A stretch of DNA of 64,000 nucleotides from Calditrichales bacterium. Lineage in GTDB: Bacteria > Calditrichota > Calditrichia > Calditrichales > J004. Position 1 is the first letter of the stretch. Each line of letters opens with the position of its first letter. Shown here in pieces: positions 27,842 through 37,124 of the stretch. Position numbers and translations under genes: made by a program. The stretch spans positions 4,000,001 to 4,064,000 of the forward strand of contig OZ254086.1 of assembly GCA_965267575.1 (NCBI GenBank), read 5' to 3'. Under the pieces are notes generated by a model. It searched no databases, had not been told where the DNA came from, and saw only the letters and a list, made by a program, of their open reading frames with translations.

Positions 27842-29041
27842 CTAGAAAGCACTCATCATGTCCCACATTGGCAAGAAAATGGCCAGTGCCAGAAAAAGCA
27901 TCATCGTGCCCAGAACGACTGTAACGACCGGTTCGATCATGGATGTAAGGTTTTCAACAGTATCCGAAACCTCGCGGTAATAGAATTCTGACACGTTGCC
28001 CAGCATCTCATCAAGGGAGCCGGACTTCTCACCGATGGACACCATGATGACAAGCAACTTGTCAAAATAAGGGCTTTGTTTGATTGACTCTGCCAGCGAA
28101 TCGCCTTTTATAACTTTATCCCTGACCGTTTTTACCTCTTTACGGTATACCGTGTTGTCTAGCGTCTCTTCAATAATTTCGAAGCTCTTTACGATCGATA
28201 TACCGGTTCTATTCATCGTGTGAAGCAGCTTTGCGAAACGGGAGATATTAAGCTTGCGTACAAGAACGCCCATCACCGGGACCTGCAGTTGCAGCAGATC
28301 AGCCTGGTAGCGCCCGGCCGGTGTTTTGATGTAACTCCACAGGCCGGCGCTGGCGGCGCCGAGAAAAACAAGCAGCAAAATCCCCCAATTTGTGATCAGG
28401 TAGTAAAAGCCCATCAGGATCTTGGTGGGCAAAGGCAGTTCCTGGCCGCTCATCTCAAAAATGGGTATGAAGTTGGGGATTACAAAGGTGGTGAATACAA
28501 CAAACGCAGCCAGCAAACCCGAGCCAACTATAAGCGGGTAGCGCAGTGCTTTCTTAACTTCTTTTTTAATGCGCGCGTCTTCTTCCATAAATCCGGAAAG
28601 CTGTTCGAGCGTGTCTTCCAGCGTGCCGCTTATTTCACCCACACGGATCGAATTGACGTAGAGTTCCGGAAACACCTTCGGAAATTCACTCAAGGCATCG
28701 GAAAGCTTACTGCCGCCCTCTATATCGCGGGATATGCCTGCAAGTACCGTTGCAAAATTCTGGTCGTCTGTCTGCTCTTTTATCACATTAAGACAGGTGA
28801 CAATCGGGATACCGGCTTTAAGCAGCGTGCGCAACTGCTTGGTAAATAGCAGCACCTGGCGCAGCTCCACTTTTCCCGCCGCCTTGCGCTTTTTGCTTTT
28901 TTCCTCATAACGCTCGATAGCTATGGGCGTCATATTCAGCTTTTCCAGCTGTTTAATAACCACCTTCTGGTCTGCGGCAAGGATGACGCTTTCTACGGTC
29001 TTTCCTTCCTGGTTAAGCGCCCTGTATTTAAAATTAGGCAT
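27842..29041 (-). CDS. pilC: Type IV pilus platform protein PilC (GspF family)
   Basis: FTKQLRTLLKAGIPI, GEISGTLE, KKALRYP, GEKSGSLDEML, MIEPV...AIFLPMW. Confidence 0.95.
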   Translation of the reverse strand: MPNFKYRALNQEGKTVESVILAADQKVVIKQLEKLNMTPIAIERYEEKSKKRKAAGKVELRQVLLFTKQLRTLLKAGIPIVTCLNVIKEQTDDQNFATVLAGISRDIEGGSKLSDALSEFPKVFPELYVNSIRVGEISGTLEDTLEQLSGFMEEDARIKKEVKKALRYPLIVGSGLLAAFVVFTTFVIPNFIPIFEMSGQELPLPTKILMGFYYLITNWGILLLVFLGAASAGLWSYIKTPAGRYQADLLQLQVPVMGVLVRKLNISRFAKLLHTMNRTGISIVKSFEIIEETLDNTVYRKEVKTVRDKVIKGDSLAESIKQSPYFDKLLVIMVSIGEKSGSLDEMLGNVSEFYYREVSDTVENLTSMIEPVVTVVLGTMMLFLALAIFLPMWDMMSAF

Positions 29042-29053
29042 TGTTGCGTTCCT

Positions 29054-29818
29054 TTAGTTTATAACCCAGTGCCAATACCACTGCCATATTTGCTGACCCC
29101 AGTACACAAAAGCGATAAATGAAATTGTCAGAAAAGGGCCTAATGGCAGGTAGGCATCCTGCCGCTGTCGCTTATAAAGCTTTCCCAAAATGATAGCTAC
29201 GAAGGCCAGCACGAATCCGAGATAGAGGGCCACCAGGATAGTTTTCCAGCCCAGGAAAAAACCCGCCGCCGCGGCCAGCTTCACATCGCCCATGCCCAGC
29301 GCTTCCCTGCCGAAAAGCCTCTCCGCTCCCAGCGCCAAGAGAAACATGCTGCCACCACCGGCAAGCAGCCCAATGCCTGCCTCACCCCAGGATATAAACC
29401 CGGCGGTAAAATTCAACGCAATGCCGCCTGCGAGCAGGGTTATAACCAGGCTATTGGGAATCAACCGGGTGCGAAAATCGATAAAGGCGACGGCCAGTAA
29501 TACCCAGGCAAAAAAAGCATAAACCAGGGCGGTGGACGTCCACCCGAAATGGTAAACGGAAAGCAGGGCCGTTAATCCGCCCAAAAACTCAACAACCGGG
29601 TAAGTCCATGATATGGCAGTATGACAATCCCGGCATTTGCCACGTAAGAGCAGCCAGCCGAGGAGAGGCACGTTAAACCAGGGCCTGATACGATGCCCGC
29701 AATGGGGACAGGATGAAGGGGGGTAGATAATGGAAAGCTTGCGCGGCACACGGTAAATGACAACGTTCAGAAAACTGCCGACAAATGTTCCCGCAAAAAA
29801 AGCTATCAAATATTCCAT
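29054..29818 (-). CDS. pilD: Prepilin peptidase/N-methyltransferase
   Basis: GSFLNVVIYRVP, CPHC and CRDC zinc pairs, IDF, GMGDVKL, PLGPFL. Confidence 0.95.
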   Translation of the reverse strand: MEYLIAFFAGTFVGSFLNVVIYRVPRKLSIIYPPSSCPHCGHRIRPWFNVPLLGWLLLRGKCRDCHTAISWTYPVVEFLGGLTALLSVYHFGWTSTALVYAFFAWVLLAVAFIDFRTRLIPNSLVITLLAGGIALNFTAGFISWGEAGIGLLAGGGSMFLLALGAERLFGREALGMGDVKLAAAAGFFLGWKTILVALYLGFVLAFVAIILGKLYKRQRQDAYLPLGPFLTISFIAFVYWGQQIWQWYWHWVIN

Positions 29819-29856
29819 ATCTCCACTCTTTTTCTTATAACATTGTCATTTAATTG

Positions 29857-32178
29857 CTAGGCCAGCTTTAGAGAATAATCCTCTACCGTATCTTGCGTAA
29901 AGGGGTTTTCTTCCCTGAAGTTTTTCATTTCCTGCTGGTGTTCCAGCGCGTTCTCCATCTGCTTAATCAACACTTTCGGATCAATCGGCTTAACCAGGAA
30001 ACCGTCCGCGCCAAGTTGAAAAACCTTCTCTTCGCTTTTGGACGTTTTGAGCGCTGTAAAAATTAATACCGGTATTGAGGCATATTCCTTGCGCGCTTTC
30101 AGTTCCTGCAACAACTCATAGCCGTCCATATTTGGCATCATCACATCGAGGATAATCAGGTCAGGCGGATCCGCTTCGATAACGTCCAGTGCTTTCTCGC
30201 CGTCTTCCGCTTCAAAAACCTGCCACTTTGTGGAGCGTTGAATAATTTTGCTCACCATCAGACGGGTCGTAGAAGAGTCGTCCGTAACGAGGATCTTGAA
30301 TTCCTGTTGTGTGAGATCAAACGCTTTTTCCGGCGTACCCTGCTCTTCCGCCAGTTCCGGCTTTTCATTACCGGCAGCCGGTGGCGTTGCCGTGGCCGGT
30401 TGCGGCGTCAGATCCAGCTTAAGCTTTTCGGTTTCTGCTGCCGTTTCCTTCGCTTCATGCGCGGCCTCTGTTTCATCGTCCTGCTGCAGCGACGGATTGA
30501 TCACGCGGATAATTTCATTGTAGTCGGTTATACCGCTGGCGACCAGCTCAATCCCATCTTCAAAGAGGTTCCGAAAACCGTTTTTACGGGCCTGGCGGCG
30601 CATTTTCTGAACACTGGCATCTCCGGCGATCAGGTCGCGGATGTCATCATCCAGCAACAGAATTTCGTAAACGCCGATACGCCCCTTGTAGCCGGTGTAT
30701 CCGCAACGGGCACAGCCTTTCGGCTCAAACAGCTGCGGCTTCAGGCCGGATTTGCTCATCAGCGTCAGCAGCTTCGGATCAACATCATCGTGGTTCACTT
30801 CGTGTTTGCAATGCTTGCACAGCCTGCGTACAAGGCGTTGCGCCACAACAGCCTGCAGCGCTTCGGTGATCTTAAACTTATCCACGCCCATATCTTTCAG
30901 TCGTGTAACGGTGGTAAACGTGTCGTTCGTGTGCAACGTGCTTAAAACGAGGTGTCCTGTCAGCGAAGCCTGAATGCCAATCTCAGCCGTCTCTTTGTCA
31001 CGGATCTCACCAACAAGAATTACATCGGGGTCCTGGCGCAGAAACGATCGCAAAGCGCTGGCAAAAGTAACGCCCGCTTTTTCATTTACCTGCACCTGGT
31101 TAATGCCGTCAAACATGTATTCGATCGGATCTTCGATGGTAAGAATATTATTGGTAGTTGAGCGGATACGATTGATCGCGGCATAGAGCGTCGTGCTTTT
31201 ACCCGAACCGGTAGGGCCGGTTACCAATACCATGCCCTGCTTAAAGTTGAAGCACTTTTCAAGCTGGTCGCGGTTGTATCCTTTGATGCCCATTTGATCC
31301 AGCGAAACGGACGCGTTGCGCTTGTCCAGTATCCGGATCACTACTTTTTCACCAAAGCTGGTCGGCAAAATGGATATACGCAGGTCGACATCCTTGTCTT
31401 CAATTAAGACTTTGGCTTTACCGTCCTGCGGCTTGCGCGTTTCAGCTATATTGAGGTTGGATATAATCTTTATGCGACTCGCAAGCGCGGAATGTACGGT
31501 GCGCGGCACTTCCAGTTCGTTGCGCAAAACGCCGTCAATACGGAACCGCACCTGAACCGATTTTTCCTTGGGCTCGATATGGATGTCGCTGGCCTCTTTT
31601 GCAATTGAATCTCCGATGATCTGATTTACCAGCTTTACAACGGGCGAGGTGCTGTCAAAATTAGTATCCCCGACAAATCGGATATTGAGATTATCGCTGC
31701 TTTTGCTTACAAAATCGGTGATAACTTTTTCGGGAGAATAGTATTGGCCGATCTTTTCCTTGATGATATCGACCGGCGCGAAGTACTTTTTTACATACTT
31801 GCGTGTCAGATATTCAATTTCGTTTTCCGCGTCCAGGTTAAAAGGGTTGGAAAGTGCCACCGCGATATGTGTGGCATTTGCCTGCAGCGGCAAAAGACCG
31901 AAGCGCTGACAAAGATCCTCAGGAATCAGTTTGATAACGTCGCTCTCAGCATCAACCTTGTCCAGATTGACCGTAGGTATTTGCAAGGCGACCTTTACAA
32001 ATTGCCTTATTTCGTCATCATTCAGAAAATCGTTGTCAGTCAGAACGCGGTAAAAGTAGCGCTGATCAGTATTGCGGTAGGCCAGTTCTTCGTACAAGGT
32101 TTTGTCAATTATCTTGTAATAGACCAGAGCCTTAGCCAGCCAGTTATCTTCAAATTGATGTTTGGTCGCTACTTCCAT
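29857..32178 (-). CDS. pilB: Pilus assembly ATPase PilB/GspE fused to a C-terminal response-regulator receiver domain
   Basis: ASDIHIEP, RFRIDGVL, GPTGSGKSTTLY, LRQDPDVILVGEIRD, CxxC...CxxC; then ILVTDD...DLIILDVMMPNMDG...IFTA...FLVKP. Confidence 0.93.
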   Translation of the reverse strand: MEVATKHQFEDNWLAKALVYYKIIDKTLYEELAYRNTDQRYFYRVLTDNDFLNDDEIRQFVKVALQIPTVNLDKVDAESDVIKLIPEDLCQRFGLLPLQANATHIAVALSNPFNLDAENEIEYLTRKYVKKYFAPVDIIKEKIGQYYSPEKVITDFVSKSSDNLNIRFVGDTNFDSTSPVVKLVNQIIGDSIAKEASDIHIEPKEKSVQVRFRIDGVLRNELEVPRTVHSALASRIKIISNLNIAETRKPQDGKAKVLIEDKDVDLRISILPTSFGEKVVIRILDKRNASVSLDQMGIKGYNRDQLEKCFNFKQGMVLVTGPTGSGKSTTLYAAINRIRSTTNNILTIEDPIEYMFDGINQVQVNEKAGVTFASALRSFLRQDPDVILVGEIRDKETAEIGIQASLTGHLVLSTLHTNDTFTTVTRLKDMGVDKFKITEALQAVVAQRLVRRLCKHCKHEVNHDDVDPKLLTLMSKSGLKPQLFEPKGCARCGYTGYKGRIGVYEILLLDDDIRDLIAGDASVQKMRRQARKNGFRNLFEDGIELVASGITDYNEIIRVINPSLQQDDETEAAHEAKETAAETEKLKLDLTPQPATATPPAAGNEKPELAEEQGTPEKAFDLTQQEFKILVTDDSSTTRLMVSKIIQRSTKWQVFEAEDGEKALDVIEADPPDLIILDVMMPNMDGYELLQELKARKEYASIPVLIFTALKTSKSEEKVFQLGADGFLVKPIDPKVLIKQMENALEHQQEMKNFREENPFTQDTVEDYSLKLA

Positions 32179-32291
32179 TGCATAAATCCCCTTTCATTTG
32201 TTCATAAAATTCGAACAAGCGCCTTTAAACCTTAAAAGGCCGCTAAAAAGGGTCAATTTGCAATCATTTTTAAAAGATTTTGGAAGAGGTA

Positions 32292-33215
32292 TTAAGGCAG
32301 TTTTGCCAAGATGGCGGCGTGCATGTCGTTGGCGGTTTCAAAGTTGCTTACATCAAACCAGTGAATGCGCGGATCGGCATTGAACCAGGTGAGCTGCCGT
32401 TTGGCGTAACGCCGGCTGTTTCTTTTTATCAGTTCAGCCATATCCTTTTTATTGATTGTGTCATCGAGATAGCTAACGACTTCTTTATAACCAACGGCAT
32501 TCAGCGCGTTTGTATGCCGGTATCCCTTTCGCAGCAGCTCACTTACTTCATGGATTAATCCGCGCGCGATCATCTGATCCACCCGGTTGTTAATACGTCT
32601 GTAAAGTTCTGGCCTGGGCAGCATCAGACCGATCAGATAATAATCAAAAGGTGCTTTCTCCGTTGATTGCTTATGCCATTCGGAAAGCGGCTTTCCGCTT
32701 ACGAAATAAGCTTCCAGCCCGCGCAGAATACGCTGGCGGTCATTCTCCGAGATTCGCTCGGCCAGAGGCGGGTCGATTTTTTTTAATTGTAAATAGAGGG
32801 CGGGCAATCCTTTTTCGCGCAGCTCGCTGTTTAGCTGTTCGCGCACAGATTCATCTTTCAGATCCGCTTCAATAATGCCGTCAAGCAATGCCTTTATGTA
32901 CATGCCCGATCCGCCGGCAACGATACAATTGCGTCCCCCGCTTAAAATGTCAACAACAGCGGCCCGTGCTTCACGGCTGAAATCACCGGCACTGTAAGTC
33001 TGGTCCGGCTCTACGTGGTCAACAAAAAGATGCCTCACGCGCGATAACTCTTGTGCTGAAGGCTTGGCCGTGCCGATATCCATATACTTGTAAATCTGCC
33101 GCGAGTCTGCGGAAATTACGGTGGCATTCAACTTTTCGGCCAGAAACAGGGCCAGGTCTGTTTTGCCGCAGGCGGTAGGTCCGACAATAACCGGGACGTA
33201 TGCTAATTTCTTCAT
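32292..33215 (-). CDS. miaA: tRNA dimethylallyltransferase
   Basis: GPTACGKT, ISADSRQIYKYMDIGTAKP, RRYAKRQLTWF. Confidence 0.97.
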   Translation of the reverse strand: MKKLAYVPVIVGPTACGKTDLALFLAEKLNATVISADSRQIYKYMDIGTAKPSAQELSRVRHLFVDHVEPDQTYSAGDFSREARAAVVDILSGGRNCIVAGGSGMYIKALLDGIIEADLKDESVREQLNSELREKGLPALYLQLKKIDPPLAERISENDRQRILRGLEAYFVSGKPLSEWHKQSTEKAPFDYYLIGLMLPRPELYRRINNRVDQMIARGLIHEVSELLRKGYRHTNALNAVGYKEVVSYLDDTINKKDMAELIKRNSRRYAKRQLTWFNADPRIHWFDVSNFETANDMHAAILAKLP

Positions 33216-35050
33216 CGCGAGAATTTGCGTGACAGCTCTTCCAGATCCATGGTAATGATGGCCGGCTTGCCGTTTGGCGCAAAGAATGGTTCTTCGCAGG
33301 CGAACAGCTGATCGACCAATGATTGCATTTCCCTATCGGTAAGCTCCTCACCGATTTTGACGGCATTCTTATAGGCATAAGCGGCGGCAATTTTTTCGAT
33401 GCGGTCAAAATTGCCCATGTGCGTATTTTTGTAATAATCAATTACATCAAGCAGTATCTGGCTTTCGCGGCCCAGCTTTACATCGGCGGGCATGGCTTCT
33501 ATTACAATCGTGTTACCGCTGAACACATTCACAGTAAACCCGATTTTATGCAGCACATGATAGATATCCTTAAAAATCCCGAAGTCATCCAGGGCCAGTG
33601 TAATTTTTTGCGGAAATAGAAGCTTCTGCGAGTTGGCCTCGTGTTTGTCTGCCAGCTGGGCAATCGTGCGTTCAAAAAGTATGCGCGCGTGCGCCAGGTG
33701 CTGATCAATTACCACCAGGCCGCTTTTAATTTCAGAAATAATGTAGCGTCTGTGAACCTGCCACAAACGCACCTCGCTGCTGACTGCACCTTGCTCGCTT
33801 AAAAGCTTTTGACCGGCAGATGCAGGCGGAGCGTCCGCAGCTTCCTTTTCCTTTACGGGTGAAAAATAAATCATGCTAAGCTGATGCCCGCCGCGTCCCC
33901 TTACTTTTTTGTCGCGCCGCCCCTGGAAGCGTGACAAGACCAGTTCGTTGCGGTCTTCCTTTTGCGCTGCCCCCGCAGGACTCTCCTGCAGAACAACGTT
34001 TTTAACGGCACTGCCTTCCGGTTCCAGCGAAAGGTCTGCCAACAGGCCGCGGTTATGTAAGCCGCGGCGCACCGTGTTCATAAACAGGTAATAAAGGGTA
34101 CGCTCGTTGGAAAAACGTACCTGCATTTTTGTGGGATGGATGTTTACATCAACCAGATTTGCATCCAGCGTCAAAAAAAGACAATAGGCCGGGTGACTGC
34201 CCTCTTCGAGACTTTCCCCGTAGCCCTGGTAGATGGCATGCCCAAGACTTTTATCAAAAATGGGCCGTCCGTTCAAAAACAGATGCTGGTGACTTTTGGA
34301 GCGGCGGGCTGCCTGCGGTTTCCCAATATGGCCCTTTATTGTGATCCCGCCGAGGCTGTTTGCAACCGCGATCATTTCAGCGAAAAGGTCGTCTCCGTAG
34401 ATAGAAGCTACGCGCTCGTCCGGCTTTTGCTCTTTAATATTAAACACGTCACGCCCGTCGATCGAAACTTTGAAGGCTATGGCGGGATAACAAAGCATAA
34501 AACGCTTCAACACAGCCAAAATCTGCTGATTTTCAGTGCTGTCCGCTTTTTGGAATTTTCGTCTGGCCGGTGTGTTAAAAAAAAGTTGCCGCACCCAGAT
34601 ACTGGTGCCGGGATTGGCCGCGGTTTTGCTAATATTGGAAAAGCTGCCGCCGTTCACCTTTAAAACAGAGCCGGTCTTTTCCGTGGCCGCGCGCGTTTTT
34701 ATTTCCATTTGAGAAACGGAAGCAATGCTGGGCAACGCTTCCCCCCGAAAACCAAGGGTAAGAATATTGTCCAGATCGTTTTCATCGCTGATCTTGCTGG
34801 TGGCGTGGCGTTCAAAAGCAGTAAGCAGCTGCTCCGATTTTATACCGCGGCCGTTGTCCACCACCTGAAGCAATTGCTTCCCGCCTTTTTCAACGTAAAC
34901 CTCAATCGCATCGGCCCCGGCGTCAATTGCATTTTCCACCAGCTCTTTTATTACGCTGGCAGGACGCTCCACTACCTCTCCGGCAGCAATCTTATTGGCA
35001 AGCGCTTCCGGCAAGACACGAATGTCCGGATATGATCGCTTATGGGTCAT
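33212..35050 (-). CDS. mutL: DNA mismatch repair protein MutL (C-terminal endonuclease motifs degenerate)
   Basis: IAAGEVVERPASVIKELVENAIDA, GFRGEALPSI, VDVNIHPTK. Start probably ATG 35050. Confidence 0.96.
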   Translation of the reverse strand: MTHKRSYPDIRVLPEALANKIAAGEVVERPASVIKELVENAIDAGADAIEVYVEKGGKQLLQVVDNGRGIKSEQLLTAFERHATSKISDENDLDNILTLGFRGEALPSIASVSQMEIKTRAATEKTGSVLKVNGGSFSNISKTAANPGTSIWVRQLFFNTPARRKFQKADSTENQQILAVLKRFMLCYPAIAFKVSIDGRDVFNIKEQKPDERVASIYGDDLFAEMIAVANSLGGITIKGHIGKPQAARRSKSHQHLFLNGRPIFDKSLGHAIYQGYGESLEEGSHPAYCLFLTLDANLVDVNIHPTKMQVRFSNERTLYYLFMNTVRRGLHNRGLLADLSLEPEGSAVKNVVLQESPAGAAQKEDRNELVLSRFQGRRDKKVRGRGGHQLSMIYFSPVKEKEAADAPPASAGQKLLSEQGAVSSEVRLWQVHRRYIISEIKSGLVVIDQHLAHARILFERTIAQLADKHEANSQKLLFPQKITLALDDFGIFKDIYHVLHKIGFTVNVFSGNTIVIEAMPADVKLGRESQILLDVIDYYKNTHMGNFDRIEKIAAAYAYKNAVKIGEELTDREMQSLVDQLFACEEPFFAPNGKPAIITMDLEELSRKFSR

Positions 35051-35120
35051 AAATGTTCTTTTTCTTGTTGAATACAATTACCAACACATACAACGGTCTA
35101 TTACCAATTAACCTTTCCCG

Positions 35121-36560
35121 TTAAAGAAAAAGAAACGTTACCACTATGAAAATCGGAATAAGAATCGGGATCGACCACTTAATCATGTAGCCAAAAAAGC
35201 TGGGCATTTTGATTCCGGATTCTTCACAAATAGACTTAACCATAAAATTAGGTGCATTCCCTATATAGGTATTGGCGCCCATAAAAACAGCCCCTATCGA
35301 TATGCCAACAAGGCGATCAATAAACTGGGGATATTCTTGTGAAATATTTCCGGCTGCAAAGGCCGCTCTTATCTGATCTTCGGTCAGGCCCAAATTTCCA
35401 AGCGCGGTATTAAAGAACGTGAGATAGGTAGGCGCATTATCAAGAAAACTGGATAAAATACCGGTTACCCAAAAATAGTCCCTGGGCTCCTTAACGGTAG
35501 CTACCAATGCGCTAAGCGCGCCCTTTTCACCAGCCTGCAAAATGGCCAGCGCCGGTATGATGGTCATAAAAATGCCGGCGAACAGATAGGCCACTTCCAG
35601 GATCGGGAACCAGTTAAAGCCGTTTCCTTCACGGATTTCGATATTGGTAAAGCGCAGGGAAAGCAGGCCCATGGTAACAATCCAGACGTCGCGGATAATG
35701 TTTTGCCAGGCCAGGTGTATACCGAGGATGTGTACTTCGCCCAGGTGGACAACGCCGCTGAAAAGTACACCGGCGATTACACCGAGTAAAAACAGAAAAT
35801 TATGGGCGCCTTTTATAGCCAGCGGTACTTTTTCAGTTTCTTCGGGTATGGGCGCGTCTTCTTTTTTATAGAAAAAGCTGTCCATCATAAAAAACAGGAT
35901 AAAGAGGATGACGGCTACAAACGCCATCTCTTTAAACAAGTTGAAAGTCCAGAAAAAGCTTACGCCGTGTAAAAAGCCTAAAAACAACGGCGGATCTCCG
36001 AGAGGTGTCAATGAGCCCCCGATATTTGCCACAAGGAAAATAAAGAAGACCATGATGTGCACTTTGTTTTTGCGGTGGGCATTGGCCCGGATAAGCGGAC
36101 GGATCATTACCATCGCCGCACCGGTGGTGCCAATCCAGCTGGCAAGCAACGTGCCGATTAGAAGCATGGTTGTATTTACCGCAGGTGTGCCGCGCAAAGT
36201 GCCCTTTACCAGAATGCCGCCGCTGATGGTAAACAAGCCCCACAGCAGAATGATAAAAGGGATATAATCAAAAAAGTAGATATGCAGTATTTCGTGGACA
36301 GCCTGTCCCTGGTAGGCGATCAGAAACGGGACTGCAAACAGCAACGCCCAGAACGCCGATATTTTGGGAAAATGTTTATGCCAAAAATGAGGTGCTAAAA
36401 GTGGAAATAAGGCAATCGATAAGAGTATGCCAACAAAAGGAACAACAGTCCAAATCGGAAGATGCTCCCCAAGTTTACCGCCCCCTTCGGATGCTATGGA
36501 TAATACGGGAAAAAGCAGGATGGCGAAAATAAAAGATAGTCTACTTCCGGTCCGTTTCAT
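35121..36560 (-). CDS. Ion-transporter superfamily putative Na+:H+ antiporter / carboxylate transporter
   Basis: Multi-TM; ANIGGSLTPLGDPPLFLGFL, LSSFLDNAPTYL, GANTYIGNAPNFMVK. Start probably ATG 36560. Confidence 0.8.
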   Translation of the reverse strand: MKRTGSRLSFIFAILLFPVLSIASEGGGKLGEHLPIWTVVPFVGILLSIALFPLLAPHFWHKHFPKISAFWALLFAVPFLIAYQGQAVHEILHIYFFDYIPFIILLWGLFTISGGILVKGTLRGTPAVNTTMLLIGTLLASWIGTTGAAMVMIRPLIRANAHRKNKVHIMVFFIFLVANIGGSLTPLGDPPLFLGFLHGVSFFWTFNLFKEMAFVAVILFILFFMMDSFFYKKEDAPIPEETEKVPLAIKGAHNFLFLLGVIAGVLFSGVVHLGEVHILGIHLAWQNIIRDVWIVTMGLLSLRFTNIEIREGNGFNWFPILEVAYLFAGIFMTIIPALAILQAGEKGALSALVATVKEPRDYFWVTGILSSFLDNAPTYLTFFNTALGNLGLTEDQIRAAFAAGNISQEYPQFIDRLVGISIGAVFMGANTYIGNAPNFMVKSICEESGIKMPSFFGYMIKWSIPILIPIFIVVTFLFL

Positions 36561-36613
36561 TATGAAAGCCTCCAGCCGCAATTACAGTTTCAATAAGTCC
36601 GTTTAGTTGATTG

Positions 36614-37036
36614 TCATATCAGTCTGTGGCGCGACAAAAATTCGTTTAACCACTCGTTAATCTCATCACGCAGGCGGCGGAAGGCGTTATCAATCTGGTA
36701 ATCCTTACCTTTCATGTCCCGCGGATCGTCAAATTCCTTATGTATTTTTGTTTTGCTGCTAACCAGGTTATGCACAAAATCACGGGCCTGAGGAGTAGTG
36801 GTAATAATAATATCAAATTTGTGGTGCATGTATTCGTTTACGGAAACACTCTGGTAATCGGACATATCGATACCCATTTCCAGCAATACTTTTACCACTT
36901 TGGGATGAATTTTTTTTGGACTCAGCCCGGCGCTTACCACACTGACCTTTTTAAAAGTCAGGTGTCTTATCAACTCCGCCATCATTGGGCTAAGAACAGA
37001 ATTCGTCGTTCCCAAAACCAGTATTTTTTTGTCCAT
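36614..37036 (-). CDS. ArsC/LMW-PTP fold protein lacking all catalytic residues
   Basis: Fold motifs kept (KILVL, SAGL, IHP..VKVLLEMGIDMS, FDIIIT, FDDP, FRRLRDEI) but P-loop is GTTNSVLS instead of CTGNSCRS; no Cys in the protein. Confidence 0.75.
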   Translation of the reverse strand: MDKKILVLGTTNSVLSPMMAELIRHLTFKKVSVVSAGLSPKKIHPKVVKVLLEMGIDMSDYQSVSVNEYMHHKFDIIITTTPQARDFVHNLVSSKTKIHKEFDDPRDMKGKDYQIDNAFRRLRDEINEWLNEFLSRHRLI

Positions 37037-37124
37037 TTCAGGCTCCACAAGGCTTCCCGTAGCAAGCTATATACAATTCAGGCAATGCATTAATTTAAGA
37101 AAGGTATTAAATATATGCTATTCT

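Noticed and set aside
18086..32178. Calling the locus a type II secretion system or Tad pilus
   Set aside because: A bona fide PilT and PilM/N/O-type parts are present, and Flp pilin/TadA features are absent.
36614..37048. Arsenic-resistance operon (arsC plus transporter)
   Set aside because: The ArsC-like protein has no Cys, there is no arsR, and the transporter is not recognisably Acr3/ArsB.
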